From positions 9,626-73,625 of the forward strand of contig JAFGON010000021.1 of assembly GCA_016926475.1 (NCBI GenBank): 64,000 nucleotides of DNA, read 5' to 3'. How positions within the stretch are numbered: position 1 is the first letter of the stretch; the number at the start of each line of letters is the position of its first letter. The notes beneath the pieces were generated by a model that saw nothing but the letters and a program-made list of their open reading frames with translations, made no database searches and had not been told where the DNA came from. The translations under genes were made by a program, and so were the position numbers. Shown one piece after another: positions 30,201-38,628 of the stretch. The stretch is from a candidate division WOR-3 bacterium. Lineage in GTDB: Bacteria; SDB-A.

Positions 30201-30694
30201 ATTTCAGAGAGTATTCCGGCGAATTTTTCGGCTCCCTTTTCGTCTCCAGCCAAAAGTCTTCTGGGTATCTCCCCGCTCATGCATCCTCCAAGCGCTATCA
30301 ACCCTTCGGAATAGCTGCCGAGGATATCAATATCTTGCCTTGCTCTGCCCCAGAAATACCCTTCGATAAAGCCTAGCGAAGAGAGCTTGACGAGGTTTTT
30401 ATACCCTGCTTCATTCTTGCAAAGAAGGGTGAGGTGCCTGAAATCCGAAACTTTGCTTTTTGCCCTAATCCCAGCAGGATCAATGTAAGCTTCCATCCCT
30501 ATTATCGGTTTTACGCTGGCTTTTTTGCACTTTTTGTAAAACTCAACCGCTCCTGACATATTCCCATGGTCGGTCAGAGCCAAAGCCTTCATCCCGAGAA
30601 ACGAGGCCTTTTTTACCAGTTTTGTTATAGATGCGGCTCCGTCTAAAAAACTGTAATCCGAGTGGACGTGGAGATGGACAAAATCTTTGACCAA
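27248..30694 (-). CDS. dnaE: DNA polymerase III alpha subunit
   Basis: PHP domain HLHVHSDYSFLDGA, 1148 aa, OB-fold C-terminus. Confidence 0.95.
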   Translation of the reverse strand: MVKDFVHLHVHSDYSFLDGAASITKLVKKASFLGMKALALTDHGNMSGAVEFYKKCKKASVKPIIGMEAYIDPAGIRAKSKVSDFRHLTLLCKNEAGYKNLVKLSSLGFIEGYFWGRARQDIDILGSYSEGLIALGGCMSGEIPRRLLAGDEKGAEKFAGILSEIFHGDFYLELMDIGLPQNDSLNRAQIELAKKAGIGVVATNDVHFIDKQDHLAHEALLCINTKKTFTDEDRMTSPKGIYFKSQAEMYESFREVPEALENTVKIAEKCVFEMTLDPNSPRLPDFDIPPGFKRPEEYLKHLTWEGAKQKFKGGMTEKIVSRIEEELSVIEQTGYAGYFLIIADIVREAKKNKIRVGPGRGSAVGSMVLYCLDIVTINPMEYSLLFERFLNPERVTAPDIDLDFADDRRNEVIEYMVRRFGRDAVCYIGTAASLGARQVVRDVAKVLGLTPKEIDELSSNMPETYFIDKPSEDSRSDVEWVYENNLNGFREKVDSDARLVKLVQIASKLEGLKRQPGIHAAGFIIAPGNLTDFVPLRKDKFGQIVCQYDMDSITDVGLIKVDILGLTALTTIDKTVDLIEKSRNNPVDMEKISLEDKKTFKLLSSGQTKGIFQLESKGMKNLCVQLKPESIQEVIAIISLYRPGPMDHIDKFIARKNRKEKTDFLHECLKPILEETYGIPIYQEQVMQITSAVAGYNLGKADILRRAMGKKKKEVMESEKENFFNGARERGIDKKTAQKIWEMIEPFAGYGFNKSHGAGYAFLAYYTAYLKTHYPVEFITATLTTEISNTDKIAEFVEEARRLKINILPPQVNYSEVAFSVENKYIRYALGAIKNVGEKAANEIVHEREERGLFKDFDDFLNRINFDSATKRTVEYLVKAGAFDDLDPDRKKLLDYFDKGIEKAASKKKHKLMGQIELFGNGELDRHEIDSISVDPWSYREKVDAEQEAFGFKIDAYPLEEYKKFINFKGLCEICELPNVKDENCYAAGMLIKVENGKESLNLTLEDKNTVMEVVLVNPDSKIHSGFLSRKYIGKIIAVRGVTKKVDGKKILYADEAKPIDDAISQSKKFLQIEIKEEDMKDSVLNNIKEAIDLHNGECEVFFLLRERNRKIKIKSGLSVCFDRSLVNELENIVDYRGKVKYVAEISC

Positions 30695-31522
30695 CTATTT
30701 CTTCCTGACCCTGAGTTTGATAATTTTTTGCCTTGTGGCTTCGACAACTTCAAAATCCAGTCCATGAGCTGAAAATTCATCCCCTTTTTTGGGGATTTTC
30801 TCCTGGTTGTCGAGGACAAATCCGCCCACCGTGTTGTAGTCCTCCGATTCGAGATTCAAACCCAGTAGTTCGTTGAAATCGGAGAATTCCATCCTCGCGT
30901 TTACAAGATACCACCCATCTTCCTGCTCTATGTAGTCATCTTCTTCCCCTTCCCTCGAATCCTCGATTTCTCCAATAATTTCTTCTATGAGGTCTTCGAG
31001 AGTGACAATGCCGCATACACCGCCGTATTCGTCGACGACCATCGCAATGGAGAGATGCCTTTCCTGTAGGTCTTTAATAGTCTCGAGGACTGTTTTGCTC
31101 TCAGGGATAAAATGAGGCAAAAGAGCGAAGTCTATCGCTTTGTAAGGAACTTCCATTATCTCGTGGAGAAATGGTATAACGTCTTTTACCTTTAAAATCC
31201 CAACGACATCGTCAATGTTGTTACCGTAGAGAGGAATTTTCCCAAATCGGTGAAGAGTGTAGTTTTCAATAATCTCTTCAACAATGGCTGTTGCCGGCAA
31301 AAAAACAGTCTCAACCCTCGGAACCATAATCTCTTCAACTCTTGTGCTAGTGAGGTATATGACCCCTTTTAGTATGTCGGCTTCGGCTTCAGAAATTATA
31401 CCTGATTCTTTCCCCTGTTCAATTATTGTTTCGGCTTCTTTTTGTTTGTTCTCTTTTCTGTTTTTTATCAGTTCTCTTATGAATTCAATGATTTTTTTCC
31501 GCCTTGTTGTTTTTCCGTCCAT
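30695..31522 (-). CDS. CBS-pair + CorC/HlyC-domain protein (CorC/YbeX-like, no DUF21 membrane domain)
   Basis: Two CBS motifs (VEEIMVPRVE..., GIVTLEDLIEEIIGEIEDS) and a C-terminal transporter-associated domain. Confidence 0.75.
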   Translation of the reverse strand: MDGKTTRRKKIIEFIRELIKNRKENKQKEAETIIEQGKESGIISEAEADILKGVIYLTSTRVEEIMVPRVETVFLPATAIVEEIIENYTLHRFGKIPLYGNNIDDVVGILKVKDVIPFLHEIMEVPYKAIDFALLPHFIPESKTVLETIKDLQERHLSIAMVVDEYGGVCGIVTLEDLIEEIIGEIEDSREGEEDDYIEQEDGWYLVNARMEFSDFNELLGLNLESEDYNTVGGFVLDNQEKIPKKGDEFSAHGLDFEVVEATRQKIIKLRVRKK

Positions 31523-31529
31523 TTCCTTT

Positions 31530-32189
31530 TTATCCCTCTCTTATTTTTACTATTTTTTTCGGCGTAATTATGCCACCTGACACTATAATCCTCAACCCCT
31601 CTTCTATGGTCAGATCCGTCATTTTTATCTCCTTCTCCGGTAAAAGCAAATAAAACCCCGATGTCGGGTTGGGAGTCGTCGGAATAAAAACTGAACTCAG
31701 TTTTGTGCCATTCCCCTCCGCGCAAGTTTTTTCAACCCATGATTCTGTGTTGGTCAAAAATCCGAGTGACCAACATCCGGTTCTTGGATATTCAATCATG
31801 ACAACTTTTTGAAAAGCCCTTTTATCGAGAAAAAAAGTCTCCGTGAGTTCTTTGACACCGTTGTAGACTATCTTGACAAGAGGGAGTTTAGTCATAACCG
31901 AATGTGTCCAGTTAATCAACATTTTACCTAAAAAAGTTCTCGCCACCGCACCTATCAAAAAAACGAATCCGACCAATATGGAAAAACCGATAATATCTTC
32001 AACAATTTCGGGTAAGTTCAAATAATCGGCGAAAGGTTTCAGGACATTTCCGCCCAATTCAATTATGAATTTGAACGCTATCAGGGTTAAGCCCAACGGC
32101 AAAACAGTCACAATTCCGGTCACAAAGATGTTTCTTATCTTGGATTTAAACCCCAGCCCAGGGTGAGGCAGGTCGTCTTTGTCTTCCAT
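31530..32189 (-). CDS. DUF502-family membrane protein
   Basis: IRNIFVTGIVTVLPLGLTLIAFKFI signature, 2 TM helices, 219 aa. Confidence 0.7.
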   Translation of the reverse strand: MEDKDDLPHPGLGFKSKIRNIFVTGIVTVLPLGLTLIAFKFIIELGGNVLKPFADYLNLPEIVEDIIGFSILVGFVFLIGAVARTFLGKMLINWTHSVMTKLPLVKIVYNGVKELTETFFLDKRAFQKVVMIEYPRTGCWSLGFLTNTESWVEKTCAEGNGTKLSSVFIPTTPNPTSGFYLLLPEKEIKMTDLTIEEGLRIIVSGGIITPKKIVKIREG

Positions 32190-32192
32190 CTT

Positions 32193-32810
32193 CTATTTCA
32201 TTATTCCGAGCCAGTCGTGAAGCAGAAAATAAAACCTTCCGATCAGCAAAGATATTCTCGCCATTACAGTGTAACCAAAAGAAGCGCCAAATGTGATCAT
32301 CAAAAATATCATTCCCAACCTTCCTCCCGCCCTGAAAATTCCTCTGTGCTCGATAGAAAAAAAGAAGTAGAAAAGTCCGGTCGCGGTCCCTAAAAGAAGG
32401 ATTATCTGCCCCAAAGAAATCCAGATGTTTCCGTTCCAAAGAGGGACGATGGCTGAAAAGACCTGTTCGTAAAGATTTGATTTCAAAAAAGTGACAAATC
32501 CGTAGCCAGCTCCGATTCCGACCACAAAAGCTATAGACAAATGAGAAAACCACCTGGTCTTGTTAAAAAGTTGCAACATCATGAAAACAGAGAGAATCGC
32601 CGGAAACACGTAGATCCAGTTGCCGGTTTTAAGGGGAATTATCAGGTTCGGTATGACAACGTCATGCCAGCCTTGGACCAACAGGTATCCGGCTGAAACT
32701 CCGACGTATATAGACTCGGCGATTTTATAAAATACATTGTCTCTGTATAAAAAGCTAAATATCGCCAAGGTCAGGAAGCCGGCGATCCAAATTCCAATTG
32801 TCTCAACCAT
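32193..32810 (-). CDS. Hypothetical polytopic membrane protein
   Basis: About 6 TM helices; start probably at the internal MVETIG (short overlap with the upstream gene); the overlapping 32146-32553 ORF is spurious. Confidence 0.5.
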   Translation of the reverse strand: MVETIGIWIAGFLTLAIFSFLYRDNVFYKIAESIYVGVSAGYLLVQGWHDVVIPNLIIPLKTGNWIYVFPAILSVFMMLQLFNKTRWFSHLSIAFVVGIGAGYGFVTFLKSNLYEQVFSAIVPLWNGNIWISLGQIILLLGTATGLFYFFFSIEHRGIFRAGGRLGMIFLMITFGASFGYTVMARISLLIGRFYFLLHDWLGIMK

Positions 32811-33639
32811 CTTTCCCGTCTCGTTTTCCAATAAAATATACAACGTTGCCGAAAAGTATAAATACTATTATGCACACATGCGCTATTGATTGTGCTCCCA
32901 TGCCGCTAGAAGCCATGCCCGGGTTTTCGAGCAGCTGTTCGTAATCAGCCGCTCCCGCCATTCCGCCGATCAAGCCCTGGAGTTGTCCTGAATTGAAATA
33001 CGGAGTGTACGCCGGAGCGCTCACAGCAGTGCAACCGGCTATTATCTGCTTTTCGTATTTGTCTTTACCTATCTGAACCCAACCAATAACTCCTGGATCA
33101 CCCGCTGAAAGTGTCACAATTACGGAAACCCTGTCGAGGTTGAAGTTGACCCCTTGGAGCAGTTCGATTTCATCGGCGCTCTTTCCTGTCAGATCTCTGG
33201 GGCAGGTTTTCCTGATATCTCCAATTATGTTGTCAATGGCTACAATTCCGCCTGATTTGTATCCGAGGTTCACGTAGTTTTTCCATCTCTCTTTTCCGTA
33301 TTTGGAAGCTCCTTCGTTGAGGGCGTTCTCGGCGAATCGCACACCTTGAGGCCAAAGAGCTACAACTATCACATCGATGTCTTTTGAAAAAGCGTGTTCG
33401 ATTATCGACTTACCCATCGGATAAAGTTCCGGTGCCGCCGCGGGATCAAAATCAAAAGAGACGAGAATTATTGAATTTTCAGGCAGGCTGTCAATAAAAG
33501 AATACGCTTCCCAAACAGCTTTGGAGTCATTTTTGTTTACGATGATCGGTATATTGAGAGGGAGAACTAAAGGTACAGCGACTGCCAGTGCGATAAAAAG
33601 GAAAATTATCCTCCTGTCTAGTTCAAAAAACCTTTTCAA
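32803..33639 (-). CDS. Hypothetical bitopic envelope protein (N- and C-terminal TM anchors, large extracytoplasmic domain)
   Basis: TM helices at both ends; ATGA overlap with the upstream gene. Confidence 0.5.
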   Translation of the reverse strand: MKRFFELDRRIIFLFIALAVAVPLVLPLNIPIIVNKNDSKAVWEAYSFIDSLPENSIILVSFDFDPAAAPELYPMGKSIIEHAFSKDIDVIVVALWPQGVRFAENALNEGASKYGKERWKNYVNLGYKSGGIVAIDNIIGDIRKTCPRDLTGKSADEIELLQGVNFNLDRVSVIVTLSAGDPGVIGWVQIGKDKYEKQIIAGCTAVSAPAYTPYFNSGQLQGLIGGMAGAADYEQLLENPGMASSGMGAQSIAHVCIIVFILFGNVVYFIGKRDGKDG

Positions 33640-34250
33640 TTGAGGTATGACCTTTCAATTCCGAAAATAATTCTCAGAGATGTCGAAATTACTCCGAGAG
33701 CTGCGCCTATCATTATTGCTCTTTGCCCCGCCGTGTTTGGTATCTCCATAATCCAGGCTTGAACAGAGGGAAGATACGGGAATATCATTTTTCCTATCGG
33801 TACCCTGCCCAACATGACCAAAATCGCCGCCAAAAGAAGCAGTCCCGCTTCAAGGTTTCTCGCTCTGAAAGCCCTGAAAGAAGCCGAAGCGACAAAAAAA
33901 GCAAGAAGGGAAAACATAGTGGCATTCAGGGGGGTGTAGAAATGGCTGAAAATATAATCAAAAGCCGACCCTTCTTCCATTCCACCACCCCAACCGGCGA
34001 AAACAGTCACCAAAAGAGAAAATATTATAATGGAAGAATAAATCCACCCTTTTCTTTTTTTCATTATTTTAATGGAATTCACTCTGATGAGGTTTAAAAT
34101 ACCGAGTATCATTGAAAACACCGCAACGACCATGTACCAATTTTTAAGCGTGTTCGCCGCTTCTCCTATGGGATACCTCGGTACGTAAAAAGACGCTATT
34201 ATCATCATACCGCTTAAAAAAGTTATCGCGAGAGGAATATACCTTTTCAT
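33636..34250 (-). CDS. Hypothetical polytopic membrane protein (about 6 TM helices)
   Basis: Hydrophobicity pattern only; 204 aa. Confidence 0.5.
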   Translation of the reverse strand: MKRYIPLAITFLSGMMIIASFYVPRYPIGEAANTLKNWYMVVAVFSMILGILNLIRVNSIKIMKKRKGWIYSSIIIFSLLVTVFAGWGGGMEEGSAFDYIFSHFYTPLNATMFSLLAFFVASASFRAFRARNLEAGLLLLAAILVMLGRVPIGKMIFPYLPSVQAWIMEIPNTAGQRAIMIGAALGVISTSLRIIFGIERSYLN

Positions 34251-34268
34251 GCCTGTTGGTTTCCCTTT

Positions 34269-35555
34269 CTAACCAGTGAAAAAAATGTTTTTGACGAAAT
34301 CGATTCCAAATGAACTGAGAATGCTCCCGAGAATCAGCGCGATGATAGCAGCCGCTTTGCCGAAGTCTTGCGCTTTAAGACTGCCTACAAGACGAGGGTC
34401 GTCTGACAAGTATGCGCTTGCAGCGAAAAATTCTTCTCCGATTAGAGTATAGTCGCATGCGGCGACAAAGAATGGCAACTGAGAGGGGTCGGCGGTACCT
34501 GAAATCTGGATAGCTCCAATGGAATGACCCGTTTCGGCTAATATCAGAGATTCTGCGTAAAAATGACCCATCAAAAAAACCGTGGCTGGTTTTTCTCTAA
34601 CCATTATGCCGTCGACAGCTGCGGCGTAGCCGAATTGGTCTCCCGTAAGGTAGAAAACCGAATTTTCGTCGTAGGAATCGGGCTTGCCCTCCTGAATATA
34701 AGCTTGCCTGACTATTTCCTTCGCAGTGTTATAAGCCACCGGAGCTATGGAAGGAACAGAAAGTTTACTCTCGTAGTTGGCGACTTTTTTCGCTACTCTG
34801 CCCAGAATTATCATACCTGCTATCGTCTGAACGTCGTCCATATCCATAATTCCGGGTATAAAAAGAACATCTTTTCCCATTTCAGTTGCTCTGCCTATCG
34901 CTTCATCTACCGCATCTATTCCGCTCAATTTTCTTATAAAAAAGTTTTTGCCCCTGCCTGCGCTCACAATGAAAAAAACCAAAAGAGATGCAAATACCAG
35001 GCTTCCGGCAAACATTGAAACATTCGCCTTTAAAAACCATGGTTTGTAGTAGCTCATATATTCGGTCACCGACGAGGTCAATGCTTTTGAACCTTTGAAA
35101 TAAGCCATTGCATAATAACTGTACTTTCTACCTTCAAGTATATTTTCGTCAAACACAACCAGGGAATCCGCCCTGATGACAGCGGTGTCTCGGCCACATA
35201 TTTTAAACAAGACCAAGCTGTCGGGGCGTCTCCATTGCGCCTGTTCATCGGGGAAGGGGATTTCCGTAATTATTCCATTTTCCACAGTTGAAAGGCAGAG
35301 GCGAATCTCAAAAACCGTCGTCGAAGTCTCCGTCAGTTTTTTTTTCGTCACTTCCACCGTAATAGTGTCTGGAATCTTCCAAGCGTAATAATTCTCAGCG
35401 ATATTCGAACAGGTATCGACGACATTTTCCTGAGTTTTCGATTCTTCAAAAATCCCGGGCAGGATGGAATTCTTCGTCTTCCTGGCTACAAAATAAGATA
35501 CACCGGCTGAAAAGAAAAAAAATATAGCGAGAAGAATCCCCATGGTCTTTGACAT
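34269..35555 (-). CDS. Hypothetical membrane protein (N-terminal TM, extracytoplasmic domain, central TM, cytoplasmic Ala/Gly-rich domain, C-terminal TM)
   Basis: 428 aa; first gene of a tightly packed minus-strand polycistron running down to dnaE. Confidence 0.5.
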   Translation of the reverse strand: MSKTMGILLAIFFFFSAGVSYFVARKTKNSILPGIFEESKTQENVVDTCSNIAENYYAWKIPDTITVEVTKKKLTETSTTVFEIRLCLSTVENGIITEIPFPDEQAQWRRPDSLVLFKICGRDTAVIRADSLVVFDENILEGRKYSYYAMAYFKGSKALTSSVTEYMSYYKPWFLKANVSMFAGSLVFASLLVFFIVSAGRGKNFFIRKLSGIDAVDEAIGRATEMGKDVLFIPGIMDMDDVQTIAGMIILGRVAKKVANYESKLSVPSIAPVAYNTAKEIVRQAYIQEGKPDSYDENSVFYLTGDQFGYAAAVDGIMVREKPATVFLMGHFYAESLILAETGHSIGAIQISGTADPSQLPFFVAACDYTLIGEEFFAASAYLSDDPRLVGSLKAQDFGKAAAIIALILGSILSSFGIDFVKNIFFTG

Positions 35556-35705
35556 ATTTTTAGATTATTTTAAAAAAAAAATCCCGTCAAGGGATTCTTG
35601 CTTTGTATAAGGATATAAAATCATGTAAGGGTCAATTAAATACCAGATGAAAAAACTTACAGATCCTCTTCAAATCAACCCATTCCTCTTCCTCGCAAAA
35701 AGCTT

Positions 35706-35731
35706 GGAGCGAATTGTCTCATATTCGCTCC
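35706..35731 (-). terminator. Hairpin terminator downstream of the 69-aa ORF
   Basis: Perfect 9-bp inverted repeat GGAGCGAAT-N8-ATTCGCTCC followed on the minus strand by AAGCTTTTT. Confidence 0.4.
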
Positions 35732-35779
35732 TCGCTTTTGTTTATTTTCGAGTTTCAACAAACCGTGGTTTTAAAAAAA

Positions 35780-35989
35780 TCAACCCAATTTGTCCCTCAA
35801 ATACTCGTCTATGTTCCTTTTGAGAATTTCTTCAGCTATTTTCTTCATTCTGTCTAAGAATTCCTGTTTGTCCTCAATCGCTTTGGCTTGGCTCATACTC
35901 AGCCCGGACTTCTTCGCAAGTAAAAGCCTGCCTTCTGTTCCGCCATGTTCTTCGACAATTTTGTAAATCGCCTCAAGTTTGTCTCCCAT
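35780..35989 (-). CDS. Hypothetical small protein (69 aa, charged, helical)
   Basis: Directly downstream of the REC-DUF4388-roadblock gene (13-nt gap), followed by the hairpin terminator. Confidence 0.4.
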   Translation of the reverse strand: MGDKLEAIYKIVEEHGGTEGRLLLAKKSGLSMSQAKAIEDKQEFLDRMKKIAEEILKRNIDEYLRDKLG

Positions 35990-36002
35990 GGATTCCTCCC
36001 TG

Positions 36003-37100
36003 TCAGCCGATTAAGGCTTCTTCGAAACCCGAAAGCGCTTTAGGCATTATGACATTGAGTAAAAGACCCATCGGCGCTTTTTTCGAATCTAAAAGCATTC
36101 CCCACATGAAATCCCCCATTGGTATGACGACAACCATTTTGTCGTCGACCAAATCTATTAAGTAGTATTTTCCCAGAGGGGGAAATTTGGATTCTTGAAG
36201 GGCCTTTTTTAAATAGTTTGTCATCTGATTGAACATAGCGCTTGCGGCAGGTTGGGTGTTAAATCCCGCTACAGACTGTCCGTCTTCTGCCGTGAAAATA
36301 TCTGTCGCCAACAAACCATCTCCGACATCCTTTTTCAGAACTTCTACAGCTTTGTTCAAACCTTGAACATCCATGTTATCCTCCTTTTCCAAGTCTAAAT
36401 TTTCAAAAGCGTTCACCATGTCAGCAACTTCGTCTTTTCTCTTGAAAGCCTCGAGCAACAGGTTCTCAAGAGTCATTGACACTTTGTCTTCGACCCCTTC
36501 GCCCAGGTCACCGATGTCTATTGTCACGTTCTCCCACGTCACTACATCCAGAGCCGCTTCGAGACCTTTTTTGTATTTTGTGTTCGCGTCTATTATCTCC
36601 CCCGCCCGCAACGACAACCCTCCCCTCTTGTCGCCGGAAGACACCGCCAAAGCGCAGGTCATCTTCTCCATGCCCACAATCTGAAGAAAAGTCGACAAAT
36701 TGATGCCTTTCAAAGTCCCTCTTTTCCTCACCGACAGCTCTGATGTGATTATCTTCAGAAGCTGCTCGAAATCGATCGGCTTCTCTATGTAATGTAGTAT
36801 CCCGCTGCTCTTCACCTTCTTTTCTATGTCGCTTGTCCCGAATGCCGTCATGACGATTATAGGAATAGCTGAAAATTTCCTGCTCATGTGGGCTATCAAT
36901 TTGAAACCGTCTACCTCAGGCATCCTCAGGTCCGTTATGACGAGGTCTATGTCCTGGTTCTTCTCAAGAATACCTATGGCGACCCTCCCATTTTCGGCCG
37001 TTATTATCTCCGCGCCTTTCATTTTCTTGCTTATCTTCAAACCGTCAGATAGGCTTTTAAGAAAAAGCGCCTCGTCGTCGACAATCAAAACTTTACTCAT
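36003..37100 (-). CDS. Response regulator with REC - DUF4388 - roadblock/LC7-like architecture
   Basis: LIVDDE...DLVITDLRMPEVDG REC domain; DUF4388-like GINLSTFLQIVGMEKMTCALAVSSGDKRGGLSLRAGEIIDA; C-terminal domain with a roadblock/MglB-like pattern (YYLIDLVDDKMVVVIPMGDFMWGMLL). Confidence 0.7.
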   Translation of the reverse strand: MSKVLIVDDEALFLKSLSDGLKISKKMKGAEIITAENGRVAIGILEKNQDIDLVITDLRMPEVDGFKLIAHMSRKFSAIPIIVMTAFGTSDIEKKVKSSGILHYIEKPIDFEQLLKIITSELSVRKRGTLKGINLSTFLQIVGMEKMTCALAVSSGDKRGGLSLRAGEIIDANTKYKKGLEAALDVVTWENVTIDIGDLGEGVEDKVSMTLENLLLEAFKRKDEVADMVNAFENLDLEKEDNMDVQGLNKAVEVLKKDVGDGLLATDIFTAEDGQSVAGFNTQPAASAMFNQMTNYLKKALQESKFPPLGKYYLIDLVDDKMVVVIPMGDFMWGMLLDSKKAPMGLLLNVIMPKALSGFEEALIG

Positions 37101-37281
37101 ACTTCCCTATTAATCAAATTCAGTGCCAAAACATTCAACTCTGCGATTGCCCTGCATATTGCGGTCTTCGCTGTCTTAACTACAAAATGCTTTATAGTAT
37201 TTAAAACGCTCATTTCGAAAAGCTTAATAAAATTCAAAATGAACGGTTCAAAATAGACAAGTGGGCTATTTGATGCATAAT

Positions 37282-38628
37282 TTACTGACATTTATAACCA
37301 CGCAGTTTTCTCTTGAGGGTGGAAAGAGAAATTCCAAGGTCTCTCGCGGTCTTGGCTAAATTTCCTCTGTTTTCTTCCAAAACGCTTTTTATATGCTCGG
37401 TCTCCACATCTATGAGCTTAACGGTTTTTTGTCTTGACATCTCGGGGATTCCAAATTTTTTTTCGATACCCAGCAACAGCATCTTCGAAGGAAATATCTC
37501 GTCGCCAGTCGCCAAAATGACAGCCCTTTCTATTATATTCCTCATTTCTCTCGCGTTTCCATTCCACCCGTAAGCCATGAGTATTTGGATTTCGCTTTCA
37601 GGGATTTTCAGTTCTTTACCGCCGTCAATACTGTTTAAAAAATACAGCGCCAGGTCTCTTATATCCTGCCTTCTCTCTCTGAGAGGTGGTATTTCGATTC
37701 TAATGACATTCAGCCTGTAATAGAGGTCTTTTCTAAAGAGGTTAACTTCCTGGTTCGCGTCTATGTCCGAATTTGTCGCTGCGATAATTCTCGCGTCGGT
37801 TTTTCTCATAACGACGTCACCGAGCCGTCTGAATTTTTTTTCCTCGAGAACCCCTAAAAGTTTCGATTGAAGCGTCAGGGGCATCTCTCCAATTTCATCG
37901 AGAAGAAGTGTCCCTTGATCCGCGACTTCAAAAAGCCCTTTTTTATCCCCTTCGGCTCCCGTGAAAGCCCCTTTCTTATATCCAAAAAGCTCCGCTTCCA
38001 CAAGGCTTTCCGGCAGAGCCGAACAGTTGACGCTGACAAAAGGTCCTTTCTTTCTGCTTTTTTTGTGTATTGTTTTTGCCAATAGCGTCTTACCGGTTCC
38101 TGTCTCGCCTGTAATCAGAACGGGAGAATCTGATTTTGCTGCAAAATCTGCCAGTTCCTCAATTTTTGTTTTAACCTCCGATGAACCTGCAAAGACAAGA
38201 TCATCCTCTTCCTTCTGCTTTAAGTACCTCAAGTCTTCAATCCCTCTTTCGAGGTCGATGTGTTTAAGGCTTCTTTCAACGACGAGGATCAATTCTTCCA
38301 AGTTGAAAGGTTTGGACAAATACCAGAAAGCACCGACTTCTATGGCTTTGACAGCATTATCGAAACTCGGGAAAGCTGTCGAAAATATTATTTTCGCCTT
38401 ATCGTTGTAACCGAGTATTTTTTCGCATATTTTATATCCCTCTACATCAGGGAGTTTCTGGTCTAAAACCACTACATCAACAGCTTCTTTTGAACATATC
38501 TCAAGGCCTTTTCCGCCTGTTTCAGCGGTGAATACTCTCATCCCTCTGCCGCTGAAAAGATCGGAAAGGGTCGAAGAAAAAATCTCATCGTCGTCTATGA
38601 CGAGCAGGCTTTTGTCTTTCAGCAGCAT
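37282..38628 (-). CDS. Sigma-54-dependent response regulator (NtrC family)
   Basis: REC domain, GETGTGKTLLAKTIH, GAFTGA, ESLVEAELFG, C-terminal HTH. Confidence 0.9.
   Translation of the reverse strand: MLLKDKSLLVIDDDEIFSSTLSDLFSGRGMRVFTAETGGKGLEICSKEAVDVVVLDQKLPDVEGYKICEKILGYNDKAKIIFSTAFPSFDNAVKAIEVGAFWYLSKPFNLEELILVVERSLKHIDLERGIEDLRYLKQKEEDDLVFAGSSEVKTKIEELADFAAKSDSPVLITGETGTGKTLLAKTIHKKSRKKGPFVSVNCSALPESLVEAELFGYKKGAFTGAEGDKKGLFEVADQGTLLLDEIGEMPLTLQSKLLGVLEEKKFRRLGDVVMRKTDARIIAATNSDIDANQEVNLFRKDLYYRLNVIRIEIPPLRERRQDIRDLALYFLNSIDGGKELKIPESEIQILMAYGWNGNAREMRNIIERAVILATGDEIFPSKMLLLGIEKKFGIPEMSRQKTVKLIDVETEHIKSVLEENRGNLAKTARDLGISLSTLKRKLRGYKCQ

Noticed and set aside
37101-37140. TGGCAC-N5-TTGA element 13 nt upstream of the REC-DUF4388 gene start (possible sigma-54 promoter)
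   Set aside because: The -12 element lacks the conserved GC (TTGA, not TTGC). It also sits too close to the ATG to leave room for a leader and RBS. It is more likely chance, although an internal sigma-54 promoter cannot be fully excluded.
37097-37291. 64-aa ORF filling the 181-nt gap between the two response-regulator genes
   Set aside because: It overlaps both neighbours and has no RBS or recognisable motif, so it is probably an intergenic artefact. It was left unannotated.
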